DNA from: Eledone cirrhosa
Lineage: Eukaryota
Reading direction: 5' to 3'
DNA length: 64,000 bases
Assembly: GCA_964016885.1 (NCBI GenBank)
Contig: OZ024754.1
Location: 38,192,001 to 38,256,000 of the forward strand
Below the pieces are notes generated by a model that was given only the letters and a program-made list of their open reading frames with translations, was not told the origin of the DNA and did no database searches. Both the position numbers and the translations under genes were made by a program. Below, one piece after another: positions 1 to 12,036 of the stretch; the first letter of the stretch is position 1, and each line of letters opens with the position of its first letter.

Positions 1-50
1 GTGTGTAAGGGCGAATGGAAGAGATCAGTTTTCAGTTTGTAAATACTTAC

Positions 51-164
51 TTTTTAAGGTTATACTTTTTGTTAAGCTTAATTCCCATCTCAAAGTAAGA
101 TTTCTCATTAAGGATATAAGGGTTGTCTTCAGAACATGTTCCATGTTTCTCCCATTCATGTTTC
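51..164 (-). CDS. RNASET2: RNase T2 coding exon 6 (CAS II)
   Basis: gttttag|(W)KHEWEKHGTCSEDNPYILNEKSYFEMGIKLNKKYNLK|gtaagt; catalytic HEWxKHGTC motif. Confidence 0.96.
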
Positions 165-954
165 CTAAAACAAAAATGATATTTTAAACAATCATTGGAC
201 GAAGAATTCAGGGCTTGTATAGACAATAGATACTCTTTGCTATTTTAATGATAATAACCTAATAGATATCAGATACTATTATAGATCAGTCAATATATCA
301 ATATGATCAACCCTCTGAAACGATCGCAAAACAATGAAATGAATATTTGCTATTTTAATGATAATAGGCTAATAGATACCAGATACTATTTGCTATTTTA
401 AAGTTAAAAACCTAATAGATATTATTTGCTATTTGAATGATAATAGGCTAATAGATACCAGATACTATTTGTTAATTAAAGTTAAAAACCTAATAGATAT
501 TATTTGCTATTTGAATGATAATAGGCTAATAGATACCAGATACTATTTGCTAATTTGAAGTTAAAAACCTAATCATGAGGTTGAGTTTGATTCTCGGACC
601 GGGCTTTGCGTTGTGTCCTTGAGCAAGACACTTTATTTTACGTTGCTCCAGTTCATTCAGCTGTAGTAATCAGTTGCAACGTCACTGGTGCCAAGCTGTG
701 TCTGCCAAGCCTTTCCCTTAGACAACATCAGTGGCATGGAGAGGAGAGACTGGTATGCATGGGTGACGGCTGGTCTTCTACAAACAACCTTGCCGGGACT
801 TGTGCCTTGGAGGGGAACTCTCTAGGTGCAAATCCTATGGTCATTCGTGACCGAAGGGGGTCTTTACTCTTACCCTATACTAATAGAAAATATATAGTGT
901 TTGCTATAGAATAGAGCAATAGATCACATTATGTAAAATTCTATGAAACCTTAC

Positions 955-1022
955 CAAAATGATGTTTCCTTTGTTTTAGTGTATAAGTTTGGCCAATGAA
1001 TTTCCAGTTCGTCTTCAAGAGA
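955..1022 (-). CDS. RNASET2: RNase T2 coding exon 5
   Basis: ttcctctag|SLEDELEIHWPNLYTKTKETSF(W)|gtaagg; L...WP motif. Confidence 0.93.
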
Positions 1023-1173
1023 CTAGAGGAAAAAAGAAAATAAATAAACAAAATACATTATGCACATACACACATATATATGTATATGAAAAGTAAATAG
1101 AAAACAACAAAGTAAACAATAAAGTACAATGGAGATATAAACTAGTTTAACGTTTGATATAATAGGAAAACAG

Positions 1174-1209
1174 TCTTAACGTTTTGGATGCTAGTCTTTC
1201 ATCAGAAGA
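1174..1209 (-). ncRNA. Degenerate hammerhead relic
   Basis: UCUU-CUGAUGA-aagacuagcaucc-AAAA-CGUU-AAGA. GAAA is mutated to AAAA, so it is probably inactive. Confidence 0.35.
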
Positions 1210-1950
1210 TAGAATGAGAAACAAAAGAAAAAATAGAAAGATAGAGGAGAGTTAGAAAAGAAAGAAACAGATCTGATAGAACAATGTATCAGTGAAGCAC
1301 TGGAGTTGAAATATTCCAGAAGGACGAAAAGCAAAGTTGAAGATGAGTTTTGAACTCAGAATGTAAAGAACCAGACCAAATACCGCAATGCCATTTTATC
1401 TGGCATTCTACCAATTTTGCTAAACAACCACCCTTTCACACCTTCTTAATATTGGTTTCTGATTTAGGCACAAGGGCAACAATTTTGGGGGATGGGAAAG
1501 TTGATTAAATCGACCCCAGTGCATTACTGGGACTTTATTTTATCGACCTCGTAAGGATGAGAGGCAAAAAAACAGTACAAAACAAAAAGAACACATCAAT
1601 CATTTGTTTTGTTTTGCACGGTTTTTCATTCAGGCCGTAAAGGGGCATAACTCTCTGAAATAAAGCATGTTGTCCGACGTTCTACTGCTACTGCCAATCC
1701 ATCACCTTATACCTTCTTAATATTACATAGAGTTACACTATTAATACTATATAATATTCAGTGATTTTAAAAATTTAGGTATATAATTGCAGTATGGAGA
1801 TTTTACATTTGCTTGATGTCTCTCTACCTATGTTACCAACTGGAGTTTGCAAGCAGGGAAAAGCGGATGATGAGGATGATGATGATGATTGCTCTCCTGA
1901 GCACTAATACTATATCAAAATAAAGGGTAGTGTTGTACAATTATAATAAC

Positions 1951-2020
1951 CTTGATTTCTGATTCATTAAAGTGATAACTGGAATTGCAGAATTGAGGAG
2001 AATGTGTATGTTTTGAAGGC
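1951..2020 (-). CDS. RNASET2: RNase T2 coding exon 4
   Basis: polyT-cag|(W)PSKHTHSPQFCNSSYHFNESEIK|gttatt; completes GLWP in phase. Confidence 0.9.
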
Positions 2021-2849
2021 CTGAAAAAAAAAAAAAAAAAAGAAAAATTAAATTGAAAAATTTAAATTAAATAAAAACAAAATAATATAATTAATATAAA
2101 GCATTGTGAGATATGTAATAAATGAGTAAATATTTTAGAATGCCGGTACAATGCAGTAGAAATATATAAAGAGCAAGGGATGACAAATAAAACAAAACAA
2201 AGTAACGTTTTTACCCAGTATATTTCAACATAATATTTCAGGGTTAATACCCTCTTTTCAAATGTAAAAATGAAAAACCAAGCAAAACAAAACAAACGAT
2301 TGATGTGTTCTTTTTGTTTTGTACTGTTTTTGTTTTTACATTTGAAAAGAGGGTAATAACCCCAAAAGATGTTGAAATCATCATCATTGTTTATCATCAA
2401 TTTGTCCATACTTGCATGAGACTTATGACTGGCAAGCGACCGTATCTGTATCAGTGAGCTGCTCAACATTAACCTATGTGAGTAGGTTATGCCTGGAAGG
2501 GAGGTTGGCTGGTAAGAGAAGATTGAACTTTGTGGAGAGAGATATCTCCTGTTGATGAGCAGTCTGCAACTGGCGGAGTTTAGTGTCAAAGTATTAACAT
2601 GGGTTAGATGGGTTGTCCACATTGGGAGACAAATCTGGCCAGAGTTGGCCACACTGTACCTTGCTCCGACGAGGACTGTAATTTTGGCTGGAGATTTTAC
2701 TGCTGGATACCCTTCCTAACACCAACCACATTTACGTGTGGAACTACTGGGTAAAAACATTACTTTGTTTTATTTTATTTGTCATCCCTTACTCTTTATA
2801 TATTTCTACCACATTGTACCAGCTTTCTGAAATACTTATCAGACAATAG

Positions 2850-3332
2850 TAATAGTTTCTTTATTGGTTACAGGGGCTGAACACATGAAAAACTGTAGAA
2901 ATACGGACATAAAATGAGAAAACAGAAAAAAACAGGTCTCAAAGTAAGACTAAATTAATAACAGAATTTCCAAATAGCATGGGTCCCCACCCAGGGGCAA
3001 TTAAAGACTACTCCAGATTCAAGATCACCCAAATCACAAAGATCACCATAGACATGTGCCCTTTTCTCCTCCACACTTTCCAGGCTATAGACACATGCAT
3101 AGAGTAAGTAAATTAATTTGGACCATTCTTGCGCAACTTTTAATAAATATACTAGGGGAGGGAGGTTGCAAAACTTCTCTCAGCACCTTCACCTTTCTTT
3201 CCAAGTGGAACTTAAAAAAGTTGCTGCAGGCTTCACCAAAGAGGAATGCGTCTGTATTCAGTCCTTTTGGCCTCGTTCACTGCCCAACCTCTTTCACCAT
3301 AGCCACCAGACAAAGGAAAGCTGCCTTCCCTG
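2850..3332 (-). mobile_element. Tx1-like LINE 3' fragment (homologous to 41795; duplicated at 6440-6898)
   Basis: GKAAFLCLVAMVKEV...NFFKFHLERKVKVLREVL. Confidence 0.7.
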
Positions 3333-3334
3333 TG

Positions 3335-3492
3335 CAGAGCTGTCTTAACGCATGGGCACACTGGGCAGTTGCCAGGGGGCCCCATGAGGATTGGGGGCCA
3401 TTTGTATTTTTATTCCTGTGAGTGGTTGTGTAGGTAGGGGCCCCAGTGCTCTGCTTTGCCCGGGGACCTATAATGCTGTTAAGACGGCCCTG
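3335..3492. mobile_element. hAT-like MITE
   Basis: TIR cagagctgtcttaa / ttaagacggccctg; 8-bp TSD tccctgtg/gccctgtg; empty site in the paralogous copy at about 6895. Confidence 0.8.
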
Positions 3493-3496
3493 GCCC

Positions 3497-5090
3497 TGTG
3501 GTGGTGGTGCTGGTGCTGGTATTGGTGTTGAAGATGTCGGTGGTGGTGGTGTTGATGATATTGGGGATGGTGGTGGTAGTGTTGGTGTTGGTGCTGTTGA
3601 TGTCAGTGGTGGTGGTGTTGTTGATGATATTGGTGATGGTGGTGGTGGTATTGTTGTTGTGGTGTTGTTGTTGTTGTTGTTGTGGTGGTGTTGGTAGTGG
3701 TGTTGTTGTTGTTGTGGTGGTATTGTTGTTGTGGTGTTGTTGTTGTTGTGGTGTTGTGTTGTTGTTGTGGTGGTGTTGGTAGTGGTGTTGTTGTTGTGTT
3801 GTTGTGGTGGTGTTGGTTGTTGTTGTTGTGGTGGTGTTGTTGTGTTGTTGTTGTTGGTAGTGGTGGTGTTGTTGTGTTGTTGTTGTTGTGGTGTTGTTGT
3901 TGTGTTGTTGTTGTTGTGGTGGTGTTGTTGTTGTGGTGTTGTTGTTGTTGTGGTGGTGTTGTGTTGTTGTTGTTGTGGTGGTGTTGGTAGTGGTGTTGTT
4001 GTTGTGTTGTTGTGGTGTTGGTGTTGGTAGTGCTGTTGTTGTTGTTGTGGTGGTGTTGGTAGTGGTGTTGTTGTTGTGTTGGTGTTGGTAATGGTGTTGT
4101 TGTTGTTGTTGTTGTGGTGGTGTTGTTGTTGTGGTGTTGTTGTTGTGGTGTTGTGTTGTTGTGTTGTTGTTGTTGTTGTGGTGGTGTTGTTGTGTTGTTG
4201 TTGTGGTGGTGTTGTGTTGTTGTTGGTAGTGGTGTTGTTGTTGTTGTTGTTGTGATGGTGTTGGTAGTGGTGGTGTTGTGTTATTGTTGTTGTGGTGGTG
4301 TTGTTGTGTAGGTGTTGTTGTGTTGTTGTTGTTGTTGTGGTGGTGTTGTTGTGTTGTTGTTGTTGTGGTGGTGTTGTTGGTAGTGGTGTTGTTGTTGTTG
4401 TGGTGTTGGTAGTGGTATTGTTGTTGTTGTTGTTGTGGTGTTGGTAGTGGTGTTGTTGCTGTGGTGTTGGTGTTGTTGTTGTGTTGTTGTTGTGGTGGTG
4501 TTGGTAGTGGTGGTGTTGTTGTTTTGTTGTTGTTGTGGTGGTGTTGTTGTTGTGGTGGTGTTGTTGGTGTGTTGTTGTTGTGGTGGTGGTGTTGGTATTG
4601 GTGTTGTGTTGTTGTTGTGGTGGTGTTGGTAGTGGTGTTGTTGTTGTTGTTGTAGTGGTGTTGGTAGTGATGTTGTTGTTGTTGTTGTTGTGGTGTTGTT
4701 GGTAGTGTTGTTGTTGTTGTTGTTGTAGTGGTGTTGGTAGTGGTGTTGTTGTTGTGTTGTTGTGGTGGTGTTGGTAGTGGTGTTGTTGTTGTGTTGTTGT
4801 TGTGGTGGTGTTGGTAGTGGTGTTGTTGTTGTGTTGTTGTTGTTGTGGTGGTGTTGGTGGTGTTGTTGTTGTGGTGGTGTTGGTGTTGGTGTTGTTGTTG
4901 TGGTGGTGTTGTTGTGGTGGTGTCACTGTTGTTGTTGTGGTGGTGTTGTTGATGATGTTGTGATGGTGGTGTTGTTGATGTTGGTGTCGCTATTGTAGTT
5001 GTTGTGGTGGTAATGTTGTTGTTGTGGTGGTGTTGTTGTTGTTGACGTCAGTGTTGCTGTCGGTGTCACTGTTGTTGTGGTAGTAGTGTT
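3497..5090. repeat. (TGT/TGG)n compound microsatellite
   Basis: Direct inspection. Confidence 0.95.
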
Positions 5091-5655
5091 AGTTATTATA
5101 CAGGCTTGGCAATCTGAGAGATAATTTGAAACAACAAATCCTTGTGACCCACCTCACAGGAAATTCCAGCACCTAAAAGTCTTATCAATATATTTTATGT
5201 AGGCTTGTTAATCTAGAAGATATTTTGATTAGCCAACTGTTGTTTGTCAAGGAAGTGTTAAGTATTTGTGAATGGCTGTCAAACGTTTTGCTGATGTCAA
5301 TTGTTGTTAGGATGGTAAAAGTGCAGGATCTTACTTGTCACCCTTTACCCTTTAAGGAGGTGAATTGGCAGAGTTGTTAAGATGTCAGATAGAATGCTTT
5401 ATGGTATTCGTGCCACCTCATTGCGCGCTCTGAGTTCAAATCCCGCCGTAGTTGACTTTACCTTTCATCCTTTTGACGTCGATAAAAAAAAGTACCAGTA
5501 CAGTACTGCGGTTGATTCCTACTCTATAGAAAAAAAATCGGCTGTGTTCAGACCTAGAGAGGGTTGGACTCCACCAGATTCAAAAGGGCCCTAGACACAC
5601 TGTGTGATGGTGCCGCTATGACTCCACAAGGAGTTATGGAATCTTTATCCTTTAT

Positions 5656-6000
5656 GAAGGCGTATGGTGTAGTGGTTTGAGCGTCGGGCTTACAATCACG
5701 AGATTGTGAGTTCGATTCTCGGACCAGGTGATGCATTGTGTTCTTCAGCAAGATACTTTATTTCACGTTGCTCCAGTTTACTCAGCTGTAGAAATGAGTT
5801 GTGACATCACTCGTGTCAAGCTATATCGGCCATAGCCTTTCCCTTGGACAACATCAGTGGCGTGGAGAGGGGACGTTGGTATGTATGGGCAACTGCTGGT
5901 CTTCCACAAACAACCTTGCCGGGACTTGTGCCTTGGAGGGAAACTTTCTATGTGCAAATCCCATGGTCATTCTTGACTGAAGAGGGTCTTTACCCTTTGC
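5656..6000 (+). mobile_element. tRNA-derived CORE-type SINE
   Basis: A box tggtgtagtgg, B box gagttcgattc, CORE-like agcaagatactttatttcacgttgctccagtttactcagctgtagaaatgag; related copy at 575-870. Confidence 0.8.
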
Positions 6001-6059
6001 CTTTTATATATTTTTACCACATTGTACCAGCTTTCTGAAATACTTATCAGACAATAGTC

Positions 6060-6433
6060 AGACTCAGAAGCTCCCGCGTCTTGCAACGCATGAGGCAATC
6101 ATAGTGTTCCACCGCGTTCGGTCAGCAGCCAGTTGCACAGCGTCCCGCCATTGTCTGTTTGTCGCTCGCAGATCCCTCTCAACTGTCTGGCGCCAGTTCA
6201 TTTTGGGTCGCCCTCTCCGTCTGCTTCCCTGTGGGTTCCATTTAAGTACTTGGTTCGCCAGTCTCTCCGGGGGAAGTCTCAAAGTGTGCCCAAACCAGCC
6301 CAGGCGTAGCTTGCAGATGGCAGAAGAGACTAGCTGCTGGTTGGTGCGGTTCCTGACTTCCTGGTTTGTTACATGGTCACTCCATTTAATCCCCAGGATC
6401 TTTCGCAGACACCTGGAATCGAAAGTCTCAATG
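6060..6433 (-). mobile_element. RTE-like LINE 3' fragment with target-site duplication
   Basis: LKWNPQGSRRRGRPKMNWRQTV..DRTRW; agacaatagt is duplicated on both sides. Confidence 0.85.
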
Positions 6434-6439
6434 AGACAA

Positions 6440-6898
6440 TAGTAATAGTTTCTTTATTGGTTACAGGGGCTGAAAACATTAAGAACAGTAGAAATAAACA
6501 TGGACGTCAAAATGAGAAAACAAAAAAGTCACACTAAATTAATAAAAGAATTTCCCAATAGCATGGGTCCCCACACAGAGGTAATTAAAGACTACTCTAG
6601 AAGATTCAAGATCACACAAATCACAAAGGTTCCCATAGACATGTGCCCTTTTCTCCTCCACACTTTCCAGGCTAGAGTAAGCAATTTGGACCATTCTTGC
6701 GCAACTTTTAATAAATATACTAGGGGAGGGAGGTTGCAAAACTTCTCTCAGCACCTTCACCTTTCTTTCCAAATGGAACTTGAAACAGTTGCTGCGGGCT
6801 TCACCAAAGAGGAATGCGTCTGTATTCAGTCCTCTTGGCCTCGTTCACTGCCCAACCTCTTTCACCATAGCCACCAGACAAAGGAAAGCTGCCTGCCT
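6440..6898 (-). mobile_element. Tx1-like LINE 3' fragment, local duplicate
   Basis: Close copy of 2850-3330. Confidence 0.7.
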
Positions 6899-7666
6899 TG
6901 TGGTGGTGGTGTTGGTGCATGGGTCCCCCACGCAGAGGTAATTAAAGACTACCCCAGATTCAAGATCACCCAAATCACAAAGGTCACCATAGACAAATAC
7001 CCTTTTCTCCTTCGTACCTTCCAGGCTATAAGTGCATGCATAGAGTAAGCAAATTCAGGGTTGGTGGAACTAGGGTCGGGGGGGGGGGGGGTCATGGCCG
7101 CTCCAATAATTATATTTTTCTCCCCAAACTACCAAAACACACATCTATTTGTATATGCACTACAATTTATGTACATGTTATGTTTATCACATATCAGTGT
7201 TTTCTGACCATTTTCGAGTGTAACTAAATCGACCAAATTTGACTCCTTGACCCAATTCAGAAATGCTTCCATAGTCCCTAAAGTTAATTTCGACCATTCT
7301 TGCTACATTCACCCACCTTTTAATAAATAGGATGGTAAAAGTGCAGGATCCTATTTGTCACTCTTTGCCCTCGATATATTTCTACCACTTTATACCGGCT
7401 TTCTGAAATATTTATCATACAGTAATAATAGTTTTTTTATTTGTTGTCGTTTATTTCTATTATTTTTAATGTTTTCTTATTTTATGTAAATCCCCAATGT
7501 CCTTGTTATATATAGACTTAGAGGTGATGAGGCGTGATAAAAACATCCTGCTTTGTACGTCTTTGGGTCATAAACATAAACACACTTTTTTTATTCTCGG
7601 TTTTTTCTTTGCTTGTTTCCTTAAAGTTTACCATCATTCCGTTGGTATACATCTATTACGCAATGT

Positions 7667-7724
7667 ACACCTGAAGATGTCATCAGGTTCTTACACAACC
7701 TGGCCACTGAAATGTGCATAGTGT
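7667..7724 (+). ncRNA. Minimal type-I hammerhead ribozyme motif
   Basis: ACAC-CUGAAGA-[stem II with caggtt/aacctg]-GAAA-UGUGCA-UA-GUGU. Stem I is acac/gtgt; a tail to (TA)n follows. Confidence 0.65.
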
Positions 7725-7941
7725 TTGCAGGAATAAATAATTAAGGAAATTCAACATTTTTGGCCTCCTGTAATTTCACTTTATAATATATATATATATA
7801 TATATATAAATGCAAAAGTTTTATTTAAATTGTTGGGATACAACAAGCAAATATTTTTATAACTGATATAAAGCACTCGACAAGTATTTGGAGTAGATAT
7901 ACGATACTAATAAATGGAAACTATATTTATAAAACCATATT

Positions 7942-8006
7942 TATTTCATTATACATATTTCAAGGATACCAAGTTAAATTATGGTATGCCTTCATCAGAC
8001 AAAATA
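7942..8006 (-). ncRNA. Minimal hammerhead motif (left arm of fold-back element)
   Basis: Reverse complement of 8190-8254: UAUUUUGU-CUGAUGA-aggcauacca..ugguauccuu-GAAA-UAUGUA-UA-AUGAAAUA. Confidence 0.7.
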
Positions 8007-8189
8007 CAATATATACCAGTTTTATAAATAAACATTGACGTACCCTTTCAAAATGCGACCGTTTTTTTCCTTCTCCTTAACACAAAGACTTACTAAAATA
8101 AACAAACCACTATCCTGATGTCTTCCAAAAGTAACGGTCGCATTTTGAAAGGGTACGTCAATGTTTATTTATAAAACTGGTATATATTG

Positions 8190-8254
8190 TATTTTGTCTG
8201 ATGAAGGCATACCATAATTTAACTTGGTATCCTTGAAATATGTATAATGAAATA
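8190..8254 (+). ncRNA. Minimal hammerhead motif (right arm of fold-back element)
   Basis: CUGAUGA at 8198, stem II, GAAA at 8235, short stem III, UA site; stem I tattttgt/atgaaata with G-U wobbles. Confidence 0.7.
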
Positions 8255-8446
8255 AATATGGTTTTATAAATATAGTTTCCATTTATTAATATCGTATATA
8301 TATATATATATATTTATACAGTAATAATAGTTTTTTTATTTGTTGTTATAAACCTGTTTATATATATATATACAAATATCCAAATGGAACCTGAGCCATT
8401 AAGGTCTGGTTTATCGGGTATGTCAATATTTATAAAACAAATTTTG

Positions 8447-8511
8447 TATTTTATCTGATGAGTGCGTACCAAAGTTTTTTTTGGTACCCTTGAAATATAT
8501 ATAATAAAATA
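8447..8511 (+). ncRNA. Minimal hammerhead motif
   Basis: UAUUUUAU-CUGAUGA-gugcguacca..ugguacccuu-GAAA-UAUAUA-UA-AUAAAAUA; perfect 8-bp stem I and palindromic stem III. Confidence 0.72.
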
Positions 8512-8554
8512 AATATGCTTTTATAAATATAGTTTCCATTTATTAATATCATTG

Positions 8555-8597
<43 letters not shown>

Positions 8598-9514
8598 CAG
8601 GTTTTTTTAAATTCAAATGTTTACTACTGGACATATCATTGGAAAAATGTGTACCATTATTTCTTAACATCCTGTAATTATTTAGCAGATATATATATAT
8701 ATACAGGTTTTTTTAAATTCAAATTTTCACTACTGGATAGATCATTGGAAAAATTTGTAGCATTATTTCTTAACATCCTGTAATTATTTAGCAAAAGTTA
8801 TTTTAATGGCTTGGTAATTCAAATGTTTGCCATTGGACAGATTTTTGGGAAATTTGTATTATCTCTTAACATCCTGCAATGGTTTAGCAGAAAATATCTA
8901 AAAATGGGTTTGTTAATTCAAATATTTATAGTATCTTTACTAGTGGATAAATTATTGTGAAAATTTGTGCTAAACTAAAGTAAAGCATAAATATTCGTTA
9001 ATGTAATGCAGCCATAGTGATGTTTTGTACTTTTCAAGAATGTCTTAATACTGCAGTTTCATATGATACAGGACATTAAGAGATAAGAAACGCAATTAGG
9101 TTAAGTGTTGTAAGAAAAGTGGTATGTCTTCTAATGAACACACGTTGACTTGGGCAATCAGAGTGCAACCATAACTTGCTGTAAATACCATACCAAAAGG
9201 AAGGAAGAAATAGAGGCAATATAGAGTAGAGGAGACTCTAGTTTTGTCAGAAACAATCTCTCGAGCACCAGCGGCATGATAGTATGCACTCAGTCCACAA
9301 AATAGAGTAGTGAGTACTAGGAAGAACATTCAGCTGTAAAAACCATGTCAAAAATGAAGAGACAAAAGGAGTGTCAGTAGCATGATAAAGGACAGCTAAT
9401 CCATGCTGTAAAGTGGTTGATGCTGTGAAAGAGGCTGTAGAAAAGATAGCAGAAATAGCAACATGTACAATAACAGATTTGCCTGGATTTTCTGTTGCTG
9501 TGTTTGCCAGGAGA

Positions 9515-10076
9515 TGAAGGACTGTAGCAGGGAAAATGAAGGACTACAGTGGGGAAAATGAAGGACTGCAGTGGGGGAAATGAAGGACTGCAGTGGGGGA
9601 AAAAATGAAGGACTGCAGTGGGGAAATTGAAGGACTACAGTGGAGAAATTGAAGGACTACAGTGGGGAAATTGAAGGACTACAGTGGAGAAATTGAAGGA
9701 CTACAGTGGGGAAATTGAAAAACTACAGTGGGGAAAATGAAGGATGGCAGCAGGGGAAATGAAGGACGGCAGCAGGGGAAATGAAGGACGGCAGCAGGGG
9801 AAATGAAGGACTGCAACTGGGAAAATGAAGGACTGCAGCAGGGAAAATGAAGGACTACAGTGGGGAAAAGAAGGACTGCAGTGGGAAAATGAAAGACTGC
9901 AGCAGGGGAAATGAAGGACTGCAGCAGGGGAAATGAAGGACTGCAGCAGGGGAAATGAAGGACTGCAGTGGGGGAAAATGAAGGACTGCAGTGGGGAAAA
10001 GGAAGGACTGCAGTGGGGAAAAGGAAGGACTGCAGTGGGGAAAAGAAGGATTGCTGTGGGAAAATGAAGGACTTCA
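9515..10076. repeat. ~20-22-bp minisatellite
   Basis: gaaggactgcagtggggaaaat-like units. Confidence 0.9.
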
Positions 10077-10234
10077 GCAGTTGTATGATCCATCCAACAC
10101 ATGTCAGCATTGAAAAATACACATAAAAGGATGATGACAACAATGATGATGATGATAATGATGATGATAATAATGTAGTGAATTATTTAACCTACAATTC
10201 TGAAACACAAATATAGAAAATGCTAGAATCTTAC

Positions 10235-10290
10235 CAAAGACCATGAATCACCCAACTTTTCACTTTGCTTGGAATATCACAAGATATTCT
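10235..10290 (-). CDS. RNASET2: RNase T2 coding exon 3 (CAS I)
   Basis: ttttcag|RISCDIPSKVKSWVIHGL(W)|gtaaga; contains the catalytic His of the IHGLWP motif. Confidence 0.95.
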
Positions 10291-10399
10291 CTGAAAATAT
10301 AGAAAGAATGTTTGTTAGCGTAATGTAAGCTACTTCAATACAGGGGCTTTTTTTTTAATTATAAAAATTAATTAACTCTTTAACATTTACATTACTCTA

Positions 10400-10945
10400 T
10401 CATCATCATCATCATCATCATCTTCGTTTAACGTCTATCTTGCACGCTAGCATCGGTTAGACGGGAGTTGTCCCACTTGAGGCAAGGTTGGTCGGGTGAC
10501 CGTGTCTCGGTCGTATAGGACTATCTGGCAGGTTTTCTACGGTTGGATGACCTTCCTAACACCAACCACGTTTACAGTGTGGACTGAGAACTTTTTACCA
10601 TGTTACCTACACGGCCATATTACAGCGTGGACTGTGTTTTTTGTTGTGACACCTACATGATCTCGATTTCATTTATTTGGACTGGATGTTGTGGTACCAA
10701 CTTTACAGAGAGAGGGTGGTGTTAGTGGGAGGATAGGGTAGGGGTAGTGGATTGAGGTGTATATTTGGTTAAGAGGTACCTACTGACTGTAGATTTCGCT
10801 TTGTACATAGGCAAAGCAGGTCTTCGGTATTACTGCGTAGTGCCAAAGATCTCGGTCCAGTGACATTGTCTTAGAGAGGTGCAAGTGTGGAAGGTCGGAA
10901 TTTATCAAATCGTCCCAGGTTTTTCTGGGTCTACCTACTCCGTAA
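10400..10945 (-). mobile_element. 3' end of the same RTE LINE family
   Basis: GVGRPRKTWDDLINSDL..LSKTMSLDRDLW plus UTR and (GAT)n tail. Confidence 0.9.
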
Positions 10946-11538
10946 CTTATATAGTTACTAAAAAAAAAAAAAAAAAAAAAATCCTGCCAAATCAATGGGT
11001 GGCAGTAGTTCCAGCTGCACGCATCGAAAGACTGGTGTTGTGGTTCTGAGAACAATGTGGCTTTGCAGATGATCAATGCAAATTGAGAATGGAAAGGTGT
11101 TCCCGCTCGAGTTAGAAGGGAACTATTGACCTTCAGGAGAAGCAGTGACCCCTGATTGTATTCAGCAACCAAAACAAATATGAAGTACACCAAATCCAAT
11201 GCTCATAGGGGCGGCCCTGGTTCTTCTTATTTGCGAGTGTAAATTCGGCCAGGTTAGATTAGATTAGATTTGCTATTGTATTTTCACAATAAACACTTTA
11301 TCTCACATAATATCGAATCTATGAGATTTTGATATTATTTATTTTGACAACAATACCATAACATAAGTATGAGCAGCCAGTTATGTCTGGTTTAAATGTT
11401 GGACTTCCAGTGTCATAGATCTATTGAATGAGGGATGACCGAGGGTTAAAGAACAACAATAATAACTACATCACATACTGACACACAAATTCAATTTCCA
11501 AGCTACAAGAAATATCTCAATTAAGATATTTCGATACT

Positions 11539-11757
11539 TAACCCTTTAACATTTAAACCGGCTATAATTCTCTCACCTCTTTCTGTTTAAATCATCTGTA
11601 ACAAGCCGCTCATACTGATGTTAAGGTATTGTTCTCAAAATAAATAACATCAAAATCTCATAGATTCGGTATTATGTGAGATAATTATGTGAAATAAAGC
11701 CTTTAACACAAAAATACAATAGTATATATAGAGTAATGTAAATGCTAAAGGGTTAAA
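11539..11757. mobile_element. piggyBac-like MITE (TTAA ends); relatives at 36992-37506, 10373-11448 and 29080-29213
   Basis: ttaaccctttaacattt ... aaatgctaaagggttaa. Confidence 0.7.
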
Positions 11758-11842
11758 GCTAAAAAAAAAAAAAATTAATGAACTAAAAAAAGAAGAAACA
11801 AATAAATTATTTGAATGAATGAAAATAATTGCTAATTCTTAC

Positions 11843-11927
11843 CTTTTCGTTGGCAGCAATGCAAACAGAAGAAGGCCATTGTTGAGAAAAAACATAGTAA
11901 TCAAATGAATGATCACATGAGGCTCTG
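11843..11927 (-). CDS. RNASET2: RNase T2 coding exon 2
   Basis: ttttaattag|C-RASCDHSFDYYVFSQQWPSSVCIAANEK|gtaaga. FDYY..QQWP...C is the RNase T2 N-terminal strand motif. The acceptor is NAGNAG (tag/cag). Confidence 0.92.
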
Positions 11928-12036
11928 CTAATTAAAAAGAAACAATTAAACCAAAATATAAAAAGGGTAATTATATAATGTTTGCAATAAAAAAAAAAAA
12001 GATTAAATAATGAAATTAAAGAGAAGGAACAAGGGA

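Larger units (their letters stand above)
7808..8299. mobile_element. (TA)n-flanked fold-back element with a hammerhead on each arm (Penelope-like or retrozyme-like, non-autonomous)
   Basis: Inverted arms 7897-8063 and 8133-8299. The left copy extends a further ~90 bp to (TA)n. Homologous to 19983-20407 and 8375-8560. Confidence 0.65.

Noticed and set aside
3277-4998. 549-aa Thr/Gln/His-rich ORF and overlapping ORFs
   Set aside because: Microsatellite read-through into a MITE and a LINE fragment, inside an RNase T2 intron.
9679-10143. 154-aa and 133-aa ORFs
   Set aside because: Translations of the ~21-bp minisatellite.
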